Of a DNA stretch of 32,000 nucleotides, positions 1 through 10,658 are shown in pieces. Position numbers and translations under genes: made by a program. The notes under the pieces were generated by a model, which was not told where the DNA came from, did no database searches, and saw nothing but the letters and a program-made list of their open reading frames with translations. Within the stretch, counting starts at the first letter, position 1, and each line of letters starts with the position of its first letter. Origin of the DNA: Raphidiopsis brookii D9 (GTDB taxonomy: Bacteria > Cyanobacteriota > Cyanobacteriia > Cyanobacteriales > Nostocaceae); contig ACYB01000046.1 of assembly GCA_000175855.1 (NCBI GenBank), positions 207,573 through 239,572 of the forward strand. The letters are read 5' to 3'.

Positions 1-1571
1 GCCTTGGTCTGGTTGCACGGTCACAGGTCCTGGTGTCATAATTTCCCGTAAAGTAGTATACTGGAACGGGTAGATGTTTTTAATATCTGACTGGGTGATA
101 ATTCCCACTAACTGACCCTGATCTACTACTGGAAACCCTCGATGATGAGAACGAGAAAAGGCTTGAATAGCCTCTTTTATAGACATCTGGGCATCTAACG
201 TTTCTACTCGTTTTTGCATTACATCTTCAGCTTTTAATTTAGTTAAAACACCTTCAATAGGACTATTTTTTTCAATGGTAATCCCATTTAGTTTCAGTAA
301 TTCATCATATAGTGAACCTGGTACAAAGTAGTCTGCAACTAAGTAAGCTGTTACAGCAACAATCATTAAAGGCAATACCAGATTAAAATCTGTAGTTAAC
401 TCAAAAACAATGACAATAGCAGTAATAGGAACCTTAGAAACTGCACTAAAGAAACCTCCCATTCCTGCTAAAGCGTAAGTATTAAGGGAACCAAAAACCC
501 AAAAAATTGCACCTCAAAAACCCCAATAATATGACCCAAACAGGAACCTAAAATCAAACTGGGGGCAAATAATCCCCCTGGGGCACCGGAACCAAAGGCA
601 ATTAGGGTAAGAATAAATTGACTAATGAAGGTAATAGTAGCTAACAGCAGATTAGGCTCACTAGCAATCATGTATTCTCTCAAACCAGCATTATCTCGAT
701 AATATTCTGGTAGCAAAGCCACAATCAACCCAGAAATTAGACCTGCTAGAGCTACCCGTAAAGGTAAAGTAATATGCAATCTTTGATAAATTTTAAGACT
801 AAGTCTTAGCCCATGACGAAACACAGCACTGAATAAGCCAATAATTACCCCCAAAAGCAGAAAAATGGGAATTTCTGGGACGTAAAACTGAGCAGAATAG
901 TTAACCAGTTCTCGATTGAGTTGTAAAGTTCCACCACCCAATAATCTGGAAATTACCCCCCCAATAAAACAAGCAATAATAGCAGTTCCCAGAGTTAATT
1001 CCGACAGGTCTTTCAGTAGTTCCTCAATAATAAATAGCACTCCAGTAATGGGAGCATTAAAAGCAGCAGATAAACCTGCACCAGCACCTGCAGCAATCAT
1101 TTGGCGACGATGTTCAGGAGATGTGGGCACTAAACGGCTCATCCCTGCAGCTAAACCCGCACCAACCTGTATAGTCGGTCCCTGTCTCCCCAAAATTAAA
1201 CCCGATCCCAAAGCAAAAATAGTACTGATTAACTTAATCCCCACCACTTGCCAAGATAACCTGATAGGAACATTACCTAAACTGGCTTTCACTTGAGGTA
1301 TACCACTACCAGCAGCTTCCGGAGCAAATCGTTGGATTAACCAACCAGCAAAAAATCCAAAACTCATGCCAATCAGTGGTAATACTAACCAAGCTGGTAA
1401 AATATGGGTACTATGAATACGCCATGTTCCTAACCATCCGGAGCTCTGTTTGAGTAAAACAGCTGATACAGCAGCTACAATACCGATAATAGAGGCCTCC
1501 GCGATCGCCAGACCCTTTCTGGGTTGCCAGATTTGACGAAATTGTTTGGCGAGCCGATCAACAATCAACAT
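1..1571 (-). pseudogene. ClC-family voltage-gated chloride channel with C-terminal CBS region, partial (continues past left edge) and apparently frameshifted
   Basis: ORF 468-1571 has ClC signatures (GSGLILGRQGPTIQVGAG, GAGAGLSAAFNAPITGVLFIIEEL, GSGAPGGLFAPSLILG). The reverse strand below about 516 continues in another frame as FGSLNTYALAGMGGFFSAVSKVPITAIVIVFE and later AEDVMQKRVETLDAQMSIKEAIQAFSRSHHRGFPVVDQGQLVGIITQSDI and LREIMTPGPVTVQPDQ (CBS-like). Confidence 0.85.
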
Positions 1572-1590
1572 ATAGCAACGTATAAATGCT

Positions 1591-2919
1591 TTAATAACTT
1601 GTATTTATTCCATTTTTACCGATAGTGGAAAGGCCTTCTACTATAATAGAAGGAGTATAACAAGAACCGTTCCAATCAGCATCACCACCGATCTTAACTA
1701 CCTGCTTGAGTGCAGTGTAAACATTACCAGCAACCATAGTATCTTTAACTCGACCGATAATTTCTCCTTTTTCCACTAGATATCCCAAATCAACATTAAT
1801 AGCAAAATCCCCAGAAATTCCTCCGCTCCCACCCAGCATTTGATCCACAATTAAACCTGTATCCATAGATTTAATTAACTCCAGCAGGGATTCCCTACCG
1901 GGTTGGATGAGAAAATTAAACATACCAGGAGCGGGGTAGCTACCCAGACCTGGGCGAAAGCCATTACCTGTAGTTCCCATACCTAAGAGACTACCAGTAG
2001 TGCGATCGCTGTAGAAGTTGCGTAAAACCCCCTGATCAACAAATATCAAAGACCGGGTAGGGGTGCCTTCATCATCAAAAGGACAGCTATAGGGACCTGC
2101 TTGGGGATCCTGATATAAAGTAAGATTAGGTGTCATAATTGACTGGCCCAATCTATCAGACCAGGGGGAGGCCCCTTCCCACACCTGTTTAGCATTTAGA
2201 GCAGCCTGTACAGTTCCCCAAAGCATATCAGCAGCTTTAGATGTAAACAAAATAGGCGATCGCCGGGTGGGGGTAGGAACATTTTGTTCGGCCCAGGTTA
2301 ATCGCTGGAGAATTTGATGTGCCACTTTTAGGGGGTCAAGTTGACCGCGTTGAGTTTGTCCATCAGCAACACTTAAAAAATCATCACCTCTAACCCATTC
2401 AGCGGACATATAGCAACTGAGGGTAGTGTCACTGTAATCACAGTTTAGACCCTGACTATTAATTAACCTAATACTTTCCACATCGCATTCCCAGTCACCA
2501 TTACAAACAACATCGGGATAGAAGTCACGCACCTCGGCGATCGCAGTTTTGCCCCAATTTATCAGTTGTTCTACGGATACGGAAATACCTATATCGAGGT
2601 AAGATTGGGGAGAATGGGAACCCAGTTCTACCGATTCTGGTTCATTTAGTTGACTCAGGGCTAGGGCCCGTTCTACCATTCCTTGGGGGTCTAAAGGACC
2701 GTAGGCCACAGTAAGTCCTGGGCGGCCATTTTTCCACAGTCGGAGTGCAGCACCTTCGGACTGACTAGTTTCTAATTGTTTAAGACGATTAGCCTCAAAA
2801 AACACGGGACGAGAAAGTGAACGGGACTGATATACTTCTGCGGCCTCGGCCCCGGATTTTAAGGCTAGTTCCAGCAGCTGTTCAGCTTGTGTATCGTGGG
2901 AAAAGTTTGCAGGACCCAT
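1591..2919 (-). CDS. TldD/PmbA family metallopeptidase homologue
   Basis: 442 aa intact ORF; family-like features (SGAEAAEVYQSRS near N-terminus; FLIQPG...LLELIKSMDTGLIVDQMLGG...SGDFAINVDLGYLVEKGEIIGRVKDTMVAGN near C-terminus). Confidence 0.85.
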   Translation of the reverse strand: MGPANFSHDTQAEQLLELALKSGAEAAEVYQSRSLSRPVFFEANRLKQLETSQSEGAALRLWKNGRPGLTVAYGPLDPQGMVERALALSQLNEPESVELGSHSPQSYLDIGISVSVEQLINWGKTAIAEVRDFYPDVVCNGDWECDVESIRLINSQGLNCDYSDTTLSCYMSAEWVRGDDFLSVADGQTQRGQLDPLKVAHQILQRLTWAEQNVPTPTRRSPILFTSKAADMLWGTVQAALNAKQVWEGASPWSDRLGQSIMTPNLTLYQDPQAGPYSCPFDDEGTPTRSLIFVDQGVLRNFYSDRTTGSLLGMGTTGNGFRPGLGSYPAPGMFNFLIQPGRESLLELIKSMDTGLIVDQMLGGSGGISGDFAINVDLGYLVEKGEIIGRVKDTMVAGNVYTALKQVVKIGGDADWNGSCYTPSIIVEGLSTIGKNGINTSY

Positions 2920-3255
2920 GTTCCTTAATTCATGATAAGTGCTGTAAAACCTGAATGGGTTTTGCTAACGGAGGAATTTAGCTCTAGCCATAAAAGTCCA
3001 TAAAAGTGTTGTACCTACAAACAGCTTATCAAACCTGGGGAAAAAATTAGCAATTTCTTCTGTGGGAGTGAATTTCTAATCTTTTTTCCACATAGACGCA
3101 ATTGTTTCCCTGTAGCACACTTTCAATGTGAATTTTAAGGCGTGTTCTTATGTAAACTGGTTGACATTTTCTCTAGACTAAGTTAAAGTGTGTTGAAATT
3201 GTACGAATTAACACTCTTTAGTTTAGTCAGCAATCTTCAATTTGTAAATTCTATC

Positions 3256-4551
3256 ATGGGTGATCTAGAATCCAAGCCAAATCCGCAACTGCCAAGATCA
3301 TTAATCATTTTGGGAACCACCATAGTGGTGGGGTTTGGTGGGTTCCAGGTCTACAAGATCCGGCAAAATAAACAAGAAAAAACTAGTTCAACACAAGCTG
3401 TGACAATTACAACACCGCCAGTTCGCACAGTAACGGCTTTAGGGAGACTGGAACCGAGAGGAAAAGTGATTAAACTTTCTGCACCCACCCCAACTCAAGG
3501 GAATAGAGTCGAGCGACTTTTAGTAGAAGAAGGGGATATGGTAAAAGTTGGACAAGTAGTGGCAATTTTGGACAGTAGATCTCGATTACAAGCAGCATAT
3601 CAGGAAGCAGAAGCAACAGTAAAAATAGCCCAGATTAATTTAGAAAAAGTGCAACAGGGTGCAAAAATCGGAGAAATAAAGGCGCAAAAGGCAGAAATCG
3701 GCAGAATAGAAGCACAAAGAATTGGCGATGAAAGTGGACAGCAATTGACAATATTAAGACTAGAGGCTCAATGGCAAGGTGAAACCACATCACAAAGGGC
3801 AATAATTAATAGATTACAGGTACAAATAAAAAACGCCCAATTAGAATTAGAAAGATATCAGCAACTTTACCGAGATGGAGCAATTTCCCAGTCCTTGTTC
3901 GATAGCAAAACACTAACCGTTGAAACTATTGCCCAACAGTTAAAAGAAGCAACAGCAAACCTGGAGCGCATGGATAAAAGTGGAAGAAGGCAAATTGAGG
4001 AAGCAAAAACTGCTCTCAATCGGATTCGCTCTACGGGTGGGGAACAAATCATTTCAGCTAAAGCAACCCTCGATAAAATTGCTGAAGTACGTCCAATAGA
4101 CGTAGCAGCTGCGAGAGCTGAATTAAATCGTGCCAAAGCTGTAGCAAAGCAAGCCAAAGCCAGTTTTGATCAGGTTTACATTAAATCTCCTCAAAAGGGA
4201 ATAATATTTGATATCCACACCCGTGCTGGAGAGCTAGTAGGGAACGAAGGGATAGTAGAAATTGGGGAAACAAGCCAGATGTACGCAGTAGCAGAAGTCT
4301 ACCAAAGTGACATCAGTAAAATTCTTCCTCAGCAACGGGTTAAAATATTGAGTAGTTCTCTAGAGGGAGAATTGCAGGGAACAGTAGATAGAATTGGTTG
4401 GGAAGTAAAAAGACAAAATGTGATTAATTCCGATCCCAGCGACAATATTGATGCAAGAGTTGTAGAAGTTTACATCAAACTAGACCCACAATCCAGTCAG
4501 AAAGCCGAAAAATTCACCAATTTACAAATCAAGGCGGTAATTTCCCTATGA
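3256..4551 (+). CDS. devB: DevB-like HlyD-family membrane fusion protein of an ABC exporter
   Basis: Long coiled-coil adaptor with LEPRGKVIKLSAP and VYIKSPQKGIIFDIHTRAGELVG; directly followed by devC- and devA-like genes. The ORF is open from 3190 but ATG 3256 (MGDLESKPN) is the likelier start. Confidence 0.82.
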   Translation: MGDLESKPNPQLPRSLIILGTTIVVGFGGFQVYKIRQNKQEKTSSTQAVTITTPPVRTVTALGRLEPRGKVIKLSAPTPTQGNRVERLLVEEGDMVKVGQVVAILDSRSRLQAAYQEAEATVKIAQINLEKVQQGAKIGEIKAQKAEIGRIEAQRIGDESGQQLTILRLEAQWQGETTSQRAIINRLQVQIKNAQLELERYQQLYRDGAISQSLFDSKTLTVETIAQQLKEATANLERMDKSGRRQIEEAKTALNRIRSTGGEQIISAKATLDKIAEVRPIDVAAARAELNRAKAVAKQAKASFDQVYIKSPQKGIIFDIHTRAGELVGNEGIVEIGETSQMYAVAEVYQSDISKILPQQRVKILSSSLEGELQGTVDRIGWEVKRQNVINSDPSDNIDARVVEVYIKLDPQSSQKAEKFTNLQIKAVISL

Positions 4552-5729
4552 TGGGACTAATTCAGGAATTCCAAAGACGTACACCCTTGGGATGGTTGCA
4601 ACTAAGTCGTCATAGAAGTCGGTTATTAGTTGCTATTTCTGGCATAGCCTTCGCTGATGTGCTAATCTTCATGCAGTTAGGTTTTCAAAATGCTTTATAT
4701 GACAGTAATACCAGATTAAACCGAGCCATGATTGGAGATATAGTTTTAATTAGTCCCCAAAGTAAAAATATGCAAAATATGTCTACCTTTTCGCGCAGGA
4801 GACTATTACAAGCGGCAGATATACCTGGGGTAAAATCCACAAAAGCCATGTATACTGGTTTAGTAGCATGGAAAAATCCTCAAACGAAGCGAAGAACCTC
4901 TGTGCAAGCAATTGGATTTAGTCCCGAAGAATTGGCATTAAACATACCAGCAATTAAAAATCAATTGGATACCATTAAACTCCCTGATTATTTTTTATTT
5001 GATCGCGGTGCTAGAGGAGAATACAAACAAATGTTTGCAGAAATAGACCGAGGGAAAATAGTCAGCACAGAAATAGAAAAAAGAACAATTTATGTGGGTG
5101 GATTGTTTAAATTAGGAGCTTCCTTTGGTGCAGATGGCATATTAGTTTCGAGTGATGAGAACTTCTTGCGGATATTTCCTAGAAGACAGGTAGGAAGTAT
5201 TAGTTTGGGGTTAATTAATGTGCAACCAGGGTATGAAGTTGCCCAAGTAGCAGCAGCATTGAAATCTCGCTTACAGGATAATCAAGATGTAAAAGTTTTG
5301 ACCTTTCCAGAATATATCAAATTTGAAGAAGCATATTGGAGGAAAGAAAGTCCGATTGGATTTATTTTCAGTTTAGGGGTGGCTATGGGATTTGTGGTGG
5401 GAGTAATTATTGTCTATCAAGTTTTATCAACGGATGTCAATTCTCACTTGAAGGAATATGCCACTTTCAAAGCTATGGGATACAATAATATATATCTATT
5501 AGGAGTGATTTTTGAAGAAGCCATTATTTTAGCTACCCTGGGATTTATTCCCGGATTTATCATTCCGCTGGGATTATATCAATTGGCAAGAAATGCCACT
5601 AACTTGCCCATATATATGACTTTAACTAGAGCTATATTCGTCTTAGCTTTGACGTTTGTTATGTGTACATTTTCCGGTTCCATCGCAACTAGTAAACTAC
5701 AATCAGCTGATCCAGCGGATATGTTTTGA
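4548..5729 (+). CDS. devC: DevC-like ABC exporter permease
   Basis: 393 aa, N-terminal TPLGWLQLSRHRSRLLVAISGIAFADVLIFMQLGFQNALYDS is typical of DevC; FtsX-like C-terminal TM region; 4-nt overlap with upstream gene. Confidence 0.85.
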   Translation: MMGLIQEFQRRTPLGWLQLSRHRSRLLVAISGIAFADVLIFMQLGFQNALYDSNTRLNRAMIGDIVLISPQSKNMQNMSTFSRRRLLQAADIPGVKSTKAMYTGLVAWKNPQTKRRTSVQAIGFSPEELALNIPAIKNQLDTIKLPDYFLFDRGARGEYKQMFAEIDRGKIVSTEIEKRTIYVGGLFKLGASFGADGILVSSDENFLRIFPRRQVGSISLGLINVQPGYEVAQVAAALKSRLQDNQDVKVLTFPEYIKFEEAYWRKESPIGFIFSLGVAMGFVVGVIIVYQVLSTDVNSHLKEYATFKAMGYNNIYLLGVIFEEAIILATLGFIPGFIIPLGLYQLARNATNLPIYMTLTRAIFVLALTFVMCTFSGSIATSKLQSADPADMF

Positions 5730-5753
5730 TTATATTAGTATATCTTAAACAAC

Positions 5754-6470
5754 ATGGCAAACCCTCAATCATCATTAAAAGTATCACCTGTAGAACCGGT
5801 AATTGAGATTGAAAATCTAGATCACTATTTTGGCACGGGATACCTCAGAAAGCAAATATTATTCAATATCAACCTGAGAATTAATGCAGGGGAGATAGTG
5901 ATTATGACTGGTCCGTCGGGATCGGGTAAAACTACTCTATTAACCCTGGTAGGAGGTTTACGCTCTGTACAGTCTGGAAGTTTAAAAATCCTAGGTCAGG
6001 ATTTAAGTAAAGCCAGTTTAAAACAACTGACACAGTCTAGAATAAGTAACGGTTATATTTTCCAATCCCATGGTCTACATGGAAGTTTAACCGCAATCCA
6101 AAACGTGAGAATGGGTTTAGAAGTTCATCCGAGAATTCCCGCAAGAGAAATGATGATCCGTTCCCGTCAAATTTTGGAAACAGTTGGGTTAGGAGAAAGA
6201 CTCAATTATTATCCAGATAACCTATCAGGGGGTCAAAAACAAAGAGTGGCGATCGCCCGTGCATTAGTCAGCGATCCCAAGATTGTGTTAGCTGATGAAC
6301 CAACTGCTGCATTGGATAAACAATCAGGTAGGGATGTAGTAGATCTGATGCACAGATTAGCTAAAGAACATAATTCAACAATTTTACTTGTCACCCATGA
6401 CAATCGGATTTTAGACATAGCAGATCGGATTATTTATATGGATGATGGTCATTTAAGTGAACATGGTTGA
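5754..6470 (+). CDS. devA: DevA-like ABC exporter ATPase
   Basis: Walker A GPSGSGKTT, signature LSGGQKQRVAIARAL, Walker B KIVLADEPTAALD; operon position after devC. Confidence 0.88.
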   Translation: MANPQSSLKVSPVEPVIEIENLDHYFGTGYLRKQILFNINLRINAGEIVIMTGPSGSGKTTLLTLVGGLRSVQSGSLKILGQDLSKASLKQLTQSRISNGYIFQSHGLHGSLTAIQNVRMGLEVHPRIPAREMMIRSRQILETVGLGERLNYYPDNLSGGQKQRVAIARALVSDPKIVLADEPTAALDKQSGRDVVDLMHRLAKEHNSTILLVTHDNRILDIADRIIYMDDGHLSEHG

Positions 6471-6522
6471 ATGGGGAAAGTTGAGATATGTCTACGTGAA
6501 TTATCTGTTAGATATTGATTTG

Positions 6523-7185
6523 TTAGTTTTTTCTCGCGAGTGTTAATCCATCTGCTATGGGGACTAGACTTAGGGTGATTCTTGAGTCTCGATGTAATTT
6601 TTGATTAAATGCACGAATTTTGCTGGTTTGGTTGTCTTGTACTTCTGGATCTGCTACTCTTCCTGACCAAAGCACATTATCTACCGCAATTAACCCACCG
6701 GATCTAATTAGTTCTAGCGATCGCTCGTAATAATTTTCATAGTTGGCCTTATCTGCATCTATAAAGGCAAAATCAAAGGTTTCTGCTTCCCCTGCTGCTA
6801 ATAGTTTATCTAGAGTTTCTAATGCTGGAGCTAGTTGTAGGTCAATTTTATCTGCTACTCCCGCCCTTTGCCAGTATATTCGAGCCATATTAGTGTACTC
6901 TTCGCTGATATCACAAGCAATGATTTTGCCATCATCAGGTAAAGACAAAGCCACTACCAGGGAACTGTAACCAGTGAATACTCCTATATCTAAAGTCTTT
7001 TTTGCTCCTAAGATTTTAATTAGCAGGGCCATAAATTGTCCCTGCTCAGGGGAAATCTGCATCATGGACATTGGCAGCTTAGCAGTTTCTTGACGTAATT
7101 CCCTGAGAATTTCCACTTCGCGCAGGGAGTTTCTCAGGAGGTAATTATATAGATCCGTTCCTAAACCCAGGGTTTGTTTTGTCAT
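6523..7185 (-). CDS. Class I SAM-dependent O-methyltransferase (caffeoyl-CoA OMT-like)
   Basis: 220 aa; KTLDIGVFTGYSSLVVALSLPDDGKIIACDISEEY, FDFAFIDADKANYENYYE, GGLIAVDNVLWSGRV. Confidence 0.88.
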   Translation of the reverse strand: MTKQTLGLGTDLYNYLLRNSLREVEILRELRQETAKLPMSMMQISPEQGQFMALLIKILGAKKTLDIGVFTGYSSLVVALSLPDDGKIIACDISEEYTNMARIYWQRAGVADKIDLQLAPALETLDKLLAAGEAETFDFAFIDADKANYENYYERSLELIRSGGLIAVDNVLWSGRVADPEVQDNQTSKIRAFNQKLHRDSRITLSLVPIADGLTLARKN

Positions 7186-7373
7186 GGTATAGTGTAAGAG
7201 TGATTTTTGACTATTATATCCTTGTGCGCACGCGGAATATGTTGAGAGATGTTGCGGTGATGCAAAAAGTTGATCTTGGTTCCCAGGTTTGAAGTTATAA
7301 TCTAAAAAGTGTTCTTGGAGAACCAGGTGTTATTATGTGATATCATCAGCGGTTTGTATTTAAGGGGGTAAAG

Positions 7374-8312
7374 ATGAGTCGTCCAATTATTCTTGGTATT
7401 GTCGGTGATAGTGCTGCGGGAAAAACCACCCTCACTAGGGGTATAGCCCAGGTGCTAGGACCAGAAAATGTAACTCTCATCTGTACTGATGATTATCACC
7501 GGTATGACCGCCAGCAAAGGGCAGAAATTGGCATTACTGCTCTTCATCCAGACTGTAACTATCTGGACATTATGCAACAACACTTGTCCACTTTGCGCAC
7601 AGGTCAACCTATTCTCAAACCAGTCTACAGCCATAAAACAGGAAGTTTTGAACCTCCTCAATACATTCAACCCAATAAGTTTGTCATTGTTGAAGGGTTG
7701 CTGGGCTATTCTACCCGTGCTGCGCGTGACGCTTATGATGTCAAAGTCTATCTAGCTCCTCCAGAATCTCTACGAGCTGATTGGAAGATCAAAAGGGATA
7801 CCCAAAAGCGGGGTTATACCCAAGAACAAGTGTTAGCAGAATTAGAAAAGCGGGAACCAGATTCGGAACAGTTTATTCGTCCTCAACGTCAATGGTCTGA
7901 TATTGTAGTTACCTTCTATCCCCCCAATGACAATGAAACGGAAAATGGTGGACATCTTAATGTGCGGTTAATCTTGCGCCCTACTATTCCCCATCCTGAT
8001 TTTACTCAAATTCTTCATCCAGATAATGATGACTCAGAATCACCTGTGCGATTGGGACTGGACAGGGATATGGGTAAACCAGTTGATGTGTTAGAAGTTG
8101 ATGGACACGCGACTTTAGAACAGGTTAATAAAATAGAGCATATTATGTGTAATGATATGCCCTATCTTAAAAATGTGTGCGATCGCGAGATTAATCCTGA
8201 ACTGGGTAAGATTGCTGGCACAACTGGGGAAACTTTGCAAAGTTATCCATTGGCAATAACACAATTGATAGTTACCTATCATATGTTGAAGGCAACTCAA
8301 GGGCATTCTTAA
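7374..8312 (+). CDS. Phosphoribulokinase/uridine kinase family protein, divergent paralogue type
   Basis: 312 aa; P-loop GIVGDSAAGKTTLTRG, CTDDYHRYDRQQRAEIGITALHP, KPVYSHKTG, FVIVEGLLGY, IKRDTQKRGYTQEQV. Confidence 0.85.
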   Translation: MSRPIILGIVGDSAAGKTTLTRGIAQVLGPENVTLICTDDYHRYDRQQRAEIGITALHPDCNYLDIMQQHLSTLRTGQPILKPVYSHKTGSFEPPQYIQPNKFVIVEGLLGYSTRAARDAYDVKVYLAPPESLRADWKIKRDTQKRGYTQEQVLAELEKREPDSEQFIRPQRQWSDIVVTFYPPNDNETENGGHLNVRLILRPTIPHPDFTQILHPDNDDSESPVRLGLDRDMGKPVDVLEVDGHATLEQVNKIEHIMCNDMPYLKNVCDREINPELGKIAGTTGETLQSYPLAITQLIVTYHMLKATQGHS

Positions 8313-9162
8313 AGGAGGAAGAGGTGATGTGATGAGACAAAAAACCATACCAATCATCTAAACCTGCACCAGTACTAGCAGAAACTTGATAAACCCGAAT
8401 GTGGGGATTAACCTTTTTCGCATAGTCAATACATTTTTCCACATCAAACTGTAAATAGGGTAATAAATCTATTTTAGTCAGAATCATAACATCACTGAGA
8501 CGAAAGATGTGGGGGTATTTCATGGGTTTATCTTCCCCTTCTGTAACCGAGAGAATAACAACTTTAGTCTGCTCCCCCAGGTCAAATAATGCGGGACAGA
8601 CTAAATTGCCCACATTCTCTATCATCAATACAGAATCCAAGGGAGGTTGAAGTTCCTGGATTCCCCTTTCTATCATAGCTGCATCTAAATGACAACCTGT
8701 ACCCGTATTTATTTGTATTACCCTGCAACCTGTAGATTGGATTTTTTGTGCATCGTTAGTGGTTTCCTGATCTCCTTCGATCACACTAATATTTAACTTG
8801 TGTTTTAAGTCATTAATTGTGCGAGTTAACAGAGTAGTTTTACCTGCACCTGGAGAACTCATCAGGTTTAGAGCTAGGATATTTCGCCCTTTAAACCACC
8901 CTCTATTTTGAGCAGCTATTAAATTATTTTTGCCTAAAATTTCCTGTTCTAGTGATATAGTTGTGTGGTGAATTTTAGCATGAATATTTGCTGAAGATTG
9001 GTCATGTTCGTGAGGATGTTCATGAATATCATGAATATGGGAATGGCTAATTAGGGTTCCATCAGCTAGGGTATGGGTATGATAATCCCCATTTACAGGA
9101 GGGGTGTTCATATTAGTAATTCTGGCTTTTTGATTGCCATCACATCCGCAGGTTACACACAT
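8272..9162 (-). CDS. hypB: Hydrogenase nickel incorporation GTPase HypB
   Basis: MCVTCGC N-terminus, His-rich stretch HTHTLADGTLISHSHIHDIHEHPHEHD, NLMSSPGAGKTTLL, MIENVGNLVCPALFDLGE, MILTKIDLLPY. Confidence 0.96.
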   Translation of the reverse strand: MCVTCGCDGNQKARITNMNTPPVNGDYHTHTLADGTLISHSHIHDIHEHPHEHDQSSANIHAKIHHTTISLEQEILGKNNLIAAQNRGWFKGRNILALNLMSSPGAGKTTLLTRTINDLKHKLNISVIEGDQETTNDAQKIQSTGCRVIQINTGTGCHLDAAMIERGIQELQPPLDSVLMIENVGNLVCPALFDLGEQTKVVILSVTEGEDKPMKYPHIFRLSDVMILTKIDLLPYLQFDVEKCIDYAKKVNPHIRVYQVSASTGAGLDDWYGFLSHHITSSSFKNALELPSTYDR

Positions 9163-9494
9163 AATTCCTCCACTTCTATTTCCTTAATTTTTAATTCCTG
9201 ACCTGTGATTAAATCCAACTGTACACTACCACAGGCACAGATTCCAAAAGGCTTATCTACCGTAAATTTGGCACCACATTGTTGACATCTGGCCATTCCA
9301 GGGACTTCTATAATTTCTAATTTTGCTCCTTCAGCTATTGTACCCTCAGCACAGATATCGAAACAGAATTCTATCGCATCTGGCATTATGGCAGATAATT
9401 TACCTATTTCCAACGTCACCCGCTTAACTCGATGCTTGTGGGCATTTTCGCTAACCAGGGCAATGATGTTACGAGTTATTCCCAATTCGTGCAT
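9153..9494 (-). CDS. hypA: Hydrogenase maturation nickel metallochaperone HypA
   Basis: MHELGITRNII start, C-x2-C...C-x-C zinc motif (RCQQCG...GICACG), adjacent to hypB. Confidence 0.95.
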   Translation of the reverse strand: MHELGITRNIIALVSENAHKHRVKRVTLEIGKLSAIMPDAIEFCFDICAEGTIAEGAKLEIIEVPGMARCQQCGAKFTVDKPFGICACGSVQLDLITGQELKIKEIEVEELCV

Positions 9495-9547
9495 ATTTTA
9501 TATATCCTAATATCCCTAGTATTATCCCAACACTATTAGATTATAGA

Positions 9548-10651
9548 TTAACATATTCTTGGTAGCTGCTCTCCCACCAACATATCTACTATTCTTTCTG
9601 CACCAAAAACCGTTTTTAAAAAAACTATTCCAGGTAGTTGGTCAACTACTTGTCCAATAATTGCTGCTTGTTTTCCCAAGGGATGATCTTGCATGGTGGA
9701 TAATACCAGTTCCGCTTGCTCCTGGGGAACAACAATTACTATTTTACCTTCGTTGGCTAAATATAATGGATCTAAACCAAGTATTTCACACATTCCACTC
9801 ACCTCCTCCCTAATGGGAATGGTCTGTTCATTGATTTTTATTCCTAGATTTGCTGTTTGGGCAAATTCGTTTAATACCGTCGCCAAACCTCCCCTGGTTA
9901 TATCTCTCATAGCATGAATATCAGGACAAACCTTGATAATTTCAGCCACCAGTTCATGCAATGGTTGACTATCGCTTTCTATATCTGTTTCTAATTCTAA
10001 TTCTCCTCTAGCTATTAAAATTGCCGCCCCATGATTCCCTATTTCTCCATTAATAATTACCATATCCCCCGGTTGAATATGGCGAGGTGAAATTTTAATT
10101 CCCTGGGGTATTATCCCTATCCCAGCAGTGTTAATAAATAATTTATCCGCAGAACCACGATGCACTACCTTGGTGTCTCCTGTAACTATTTGCACTCCCG
10201 CTTTTTGAGCAGCATGTTGCATACTCTCCACCACTTTTCTTAATGTTTCTAATGGCAAACCTTCTTCTAAGATCATGCTACAACTTAAATATAGGGGTTT
10301 AGCACCCCCAACTGCCAGATCATTAATTGTGCCATTAACAGCTAAGTCACCAATATTGCCACCGGGGAAAAATAAGGGATCTACCACGTAAGAATCGGTG
10401 GTAAACGCTAATCTATCTCCCAGTTTTCCCAATGTTGATAAATCAAAACTTGCCTGATCTTCTAATTGGGATAAAATCTCATTATCGAAATTTTTTACAA
10501 ATACATCATTAATTAAATCGCTCATAGCTTTACCACCACTACCATGAGATAGGTTAATATGGCTATCTTTAACTTGATGGGAGCGACGACTTACCCGTGC
10601 TATTTTTTGAAATAGGGGATTTTGATTTTTCTGATTTTTATCTATTGCCAT
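9548..10651 (-). CDS. hypE: Hydrogenase maturation protein HypE (carbamoyl dehydratase)
   Basis: INLSHGSGGKAMSDLI, FTTDSYVVDPLFFPGGNIGDLAVNGTINDLAVGGAKPLYLS, C-terminal ...GAERIVDMLVGEQLPRIC. ATG 10651 (MAIDKNQ) is preferred over the longer ORF start at 10708 that overlaps hypD. Confidence 0.95.
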   Translation of the reverse strand: MAIDKNQKNQNPLFQKIARVSRRSHQVKDSHINLSHGSGGKAMSDLINDVFVKNFDNEILSQLEDQASFDLSTLGKLGDRLAFTTDSYVVDPLFFPGGNIGDLAVNGTINDLAVGGAKPLYLSCSMILEEGLPLETLRKVVESMQHAAQKAGVQIVTGDTKVVHRGSADKLFINTAGIGIIPQGIKISPRHIQPGDMVIINGEIGNHGAAILIARGELELETDIESDSQPLHELVAEIIKVCPDIHAMRDITRGGLATVLNEFAQTANLGIKINEQTIPIREEVSGMCEILGLDPLYLANEGKIVIVVPQEQAELVLSTMQDHPLGKQAAIIGQVVDQLPGIVFLKTVFGAERIVDMLVGEQLPRIC

Positions 10652-10658
10652 ATAATTA

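Noticed and set aside
916-1296. 126-aa plus-strand ORF antisense to the ClC gene
   Set aside because: Fully overlaps a conserved coding region on the other strand with clear family motifs; composition looks like a shadow ORF.
3190-6470. The exporter operon considered as a novel secretion system
   Set aside because: Order and sequence match the known DevBCA type (HlyD-like, FtsX-like permease, ATPase), a family with many paralogues in cyanobacteria; substrate cannot be told from sequence.
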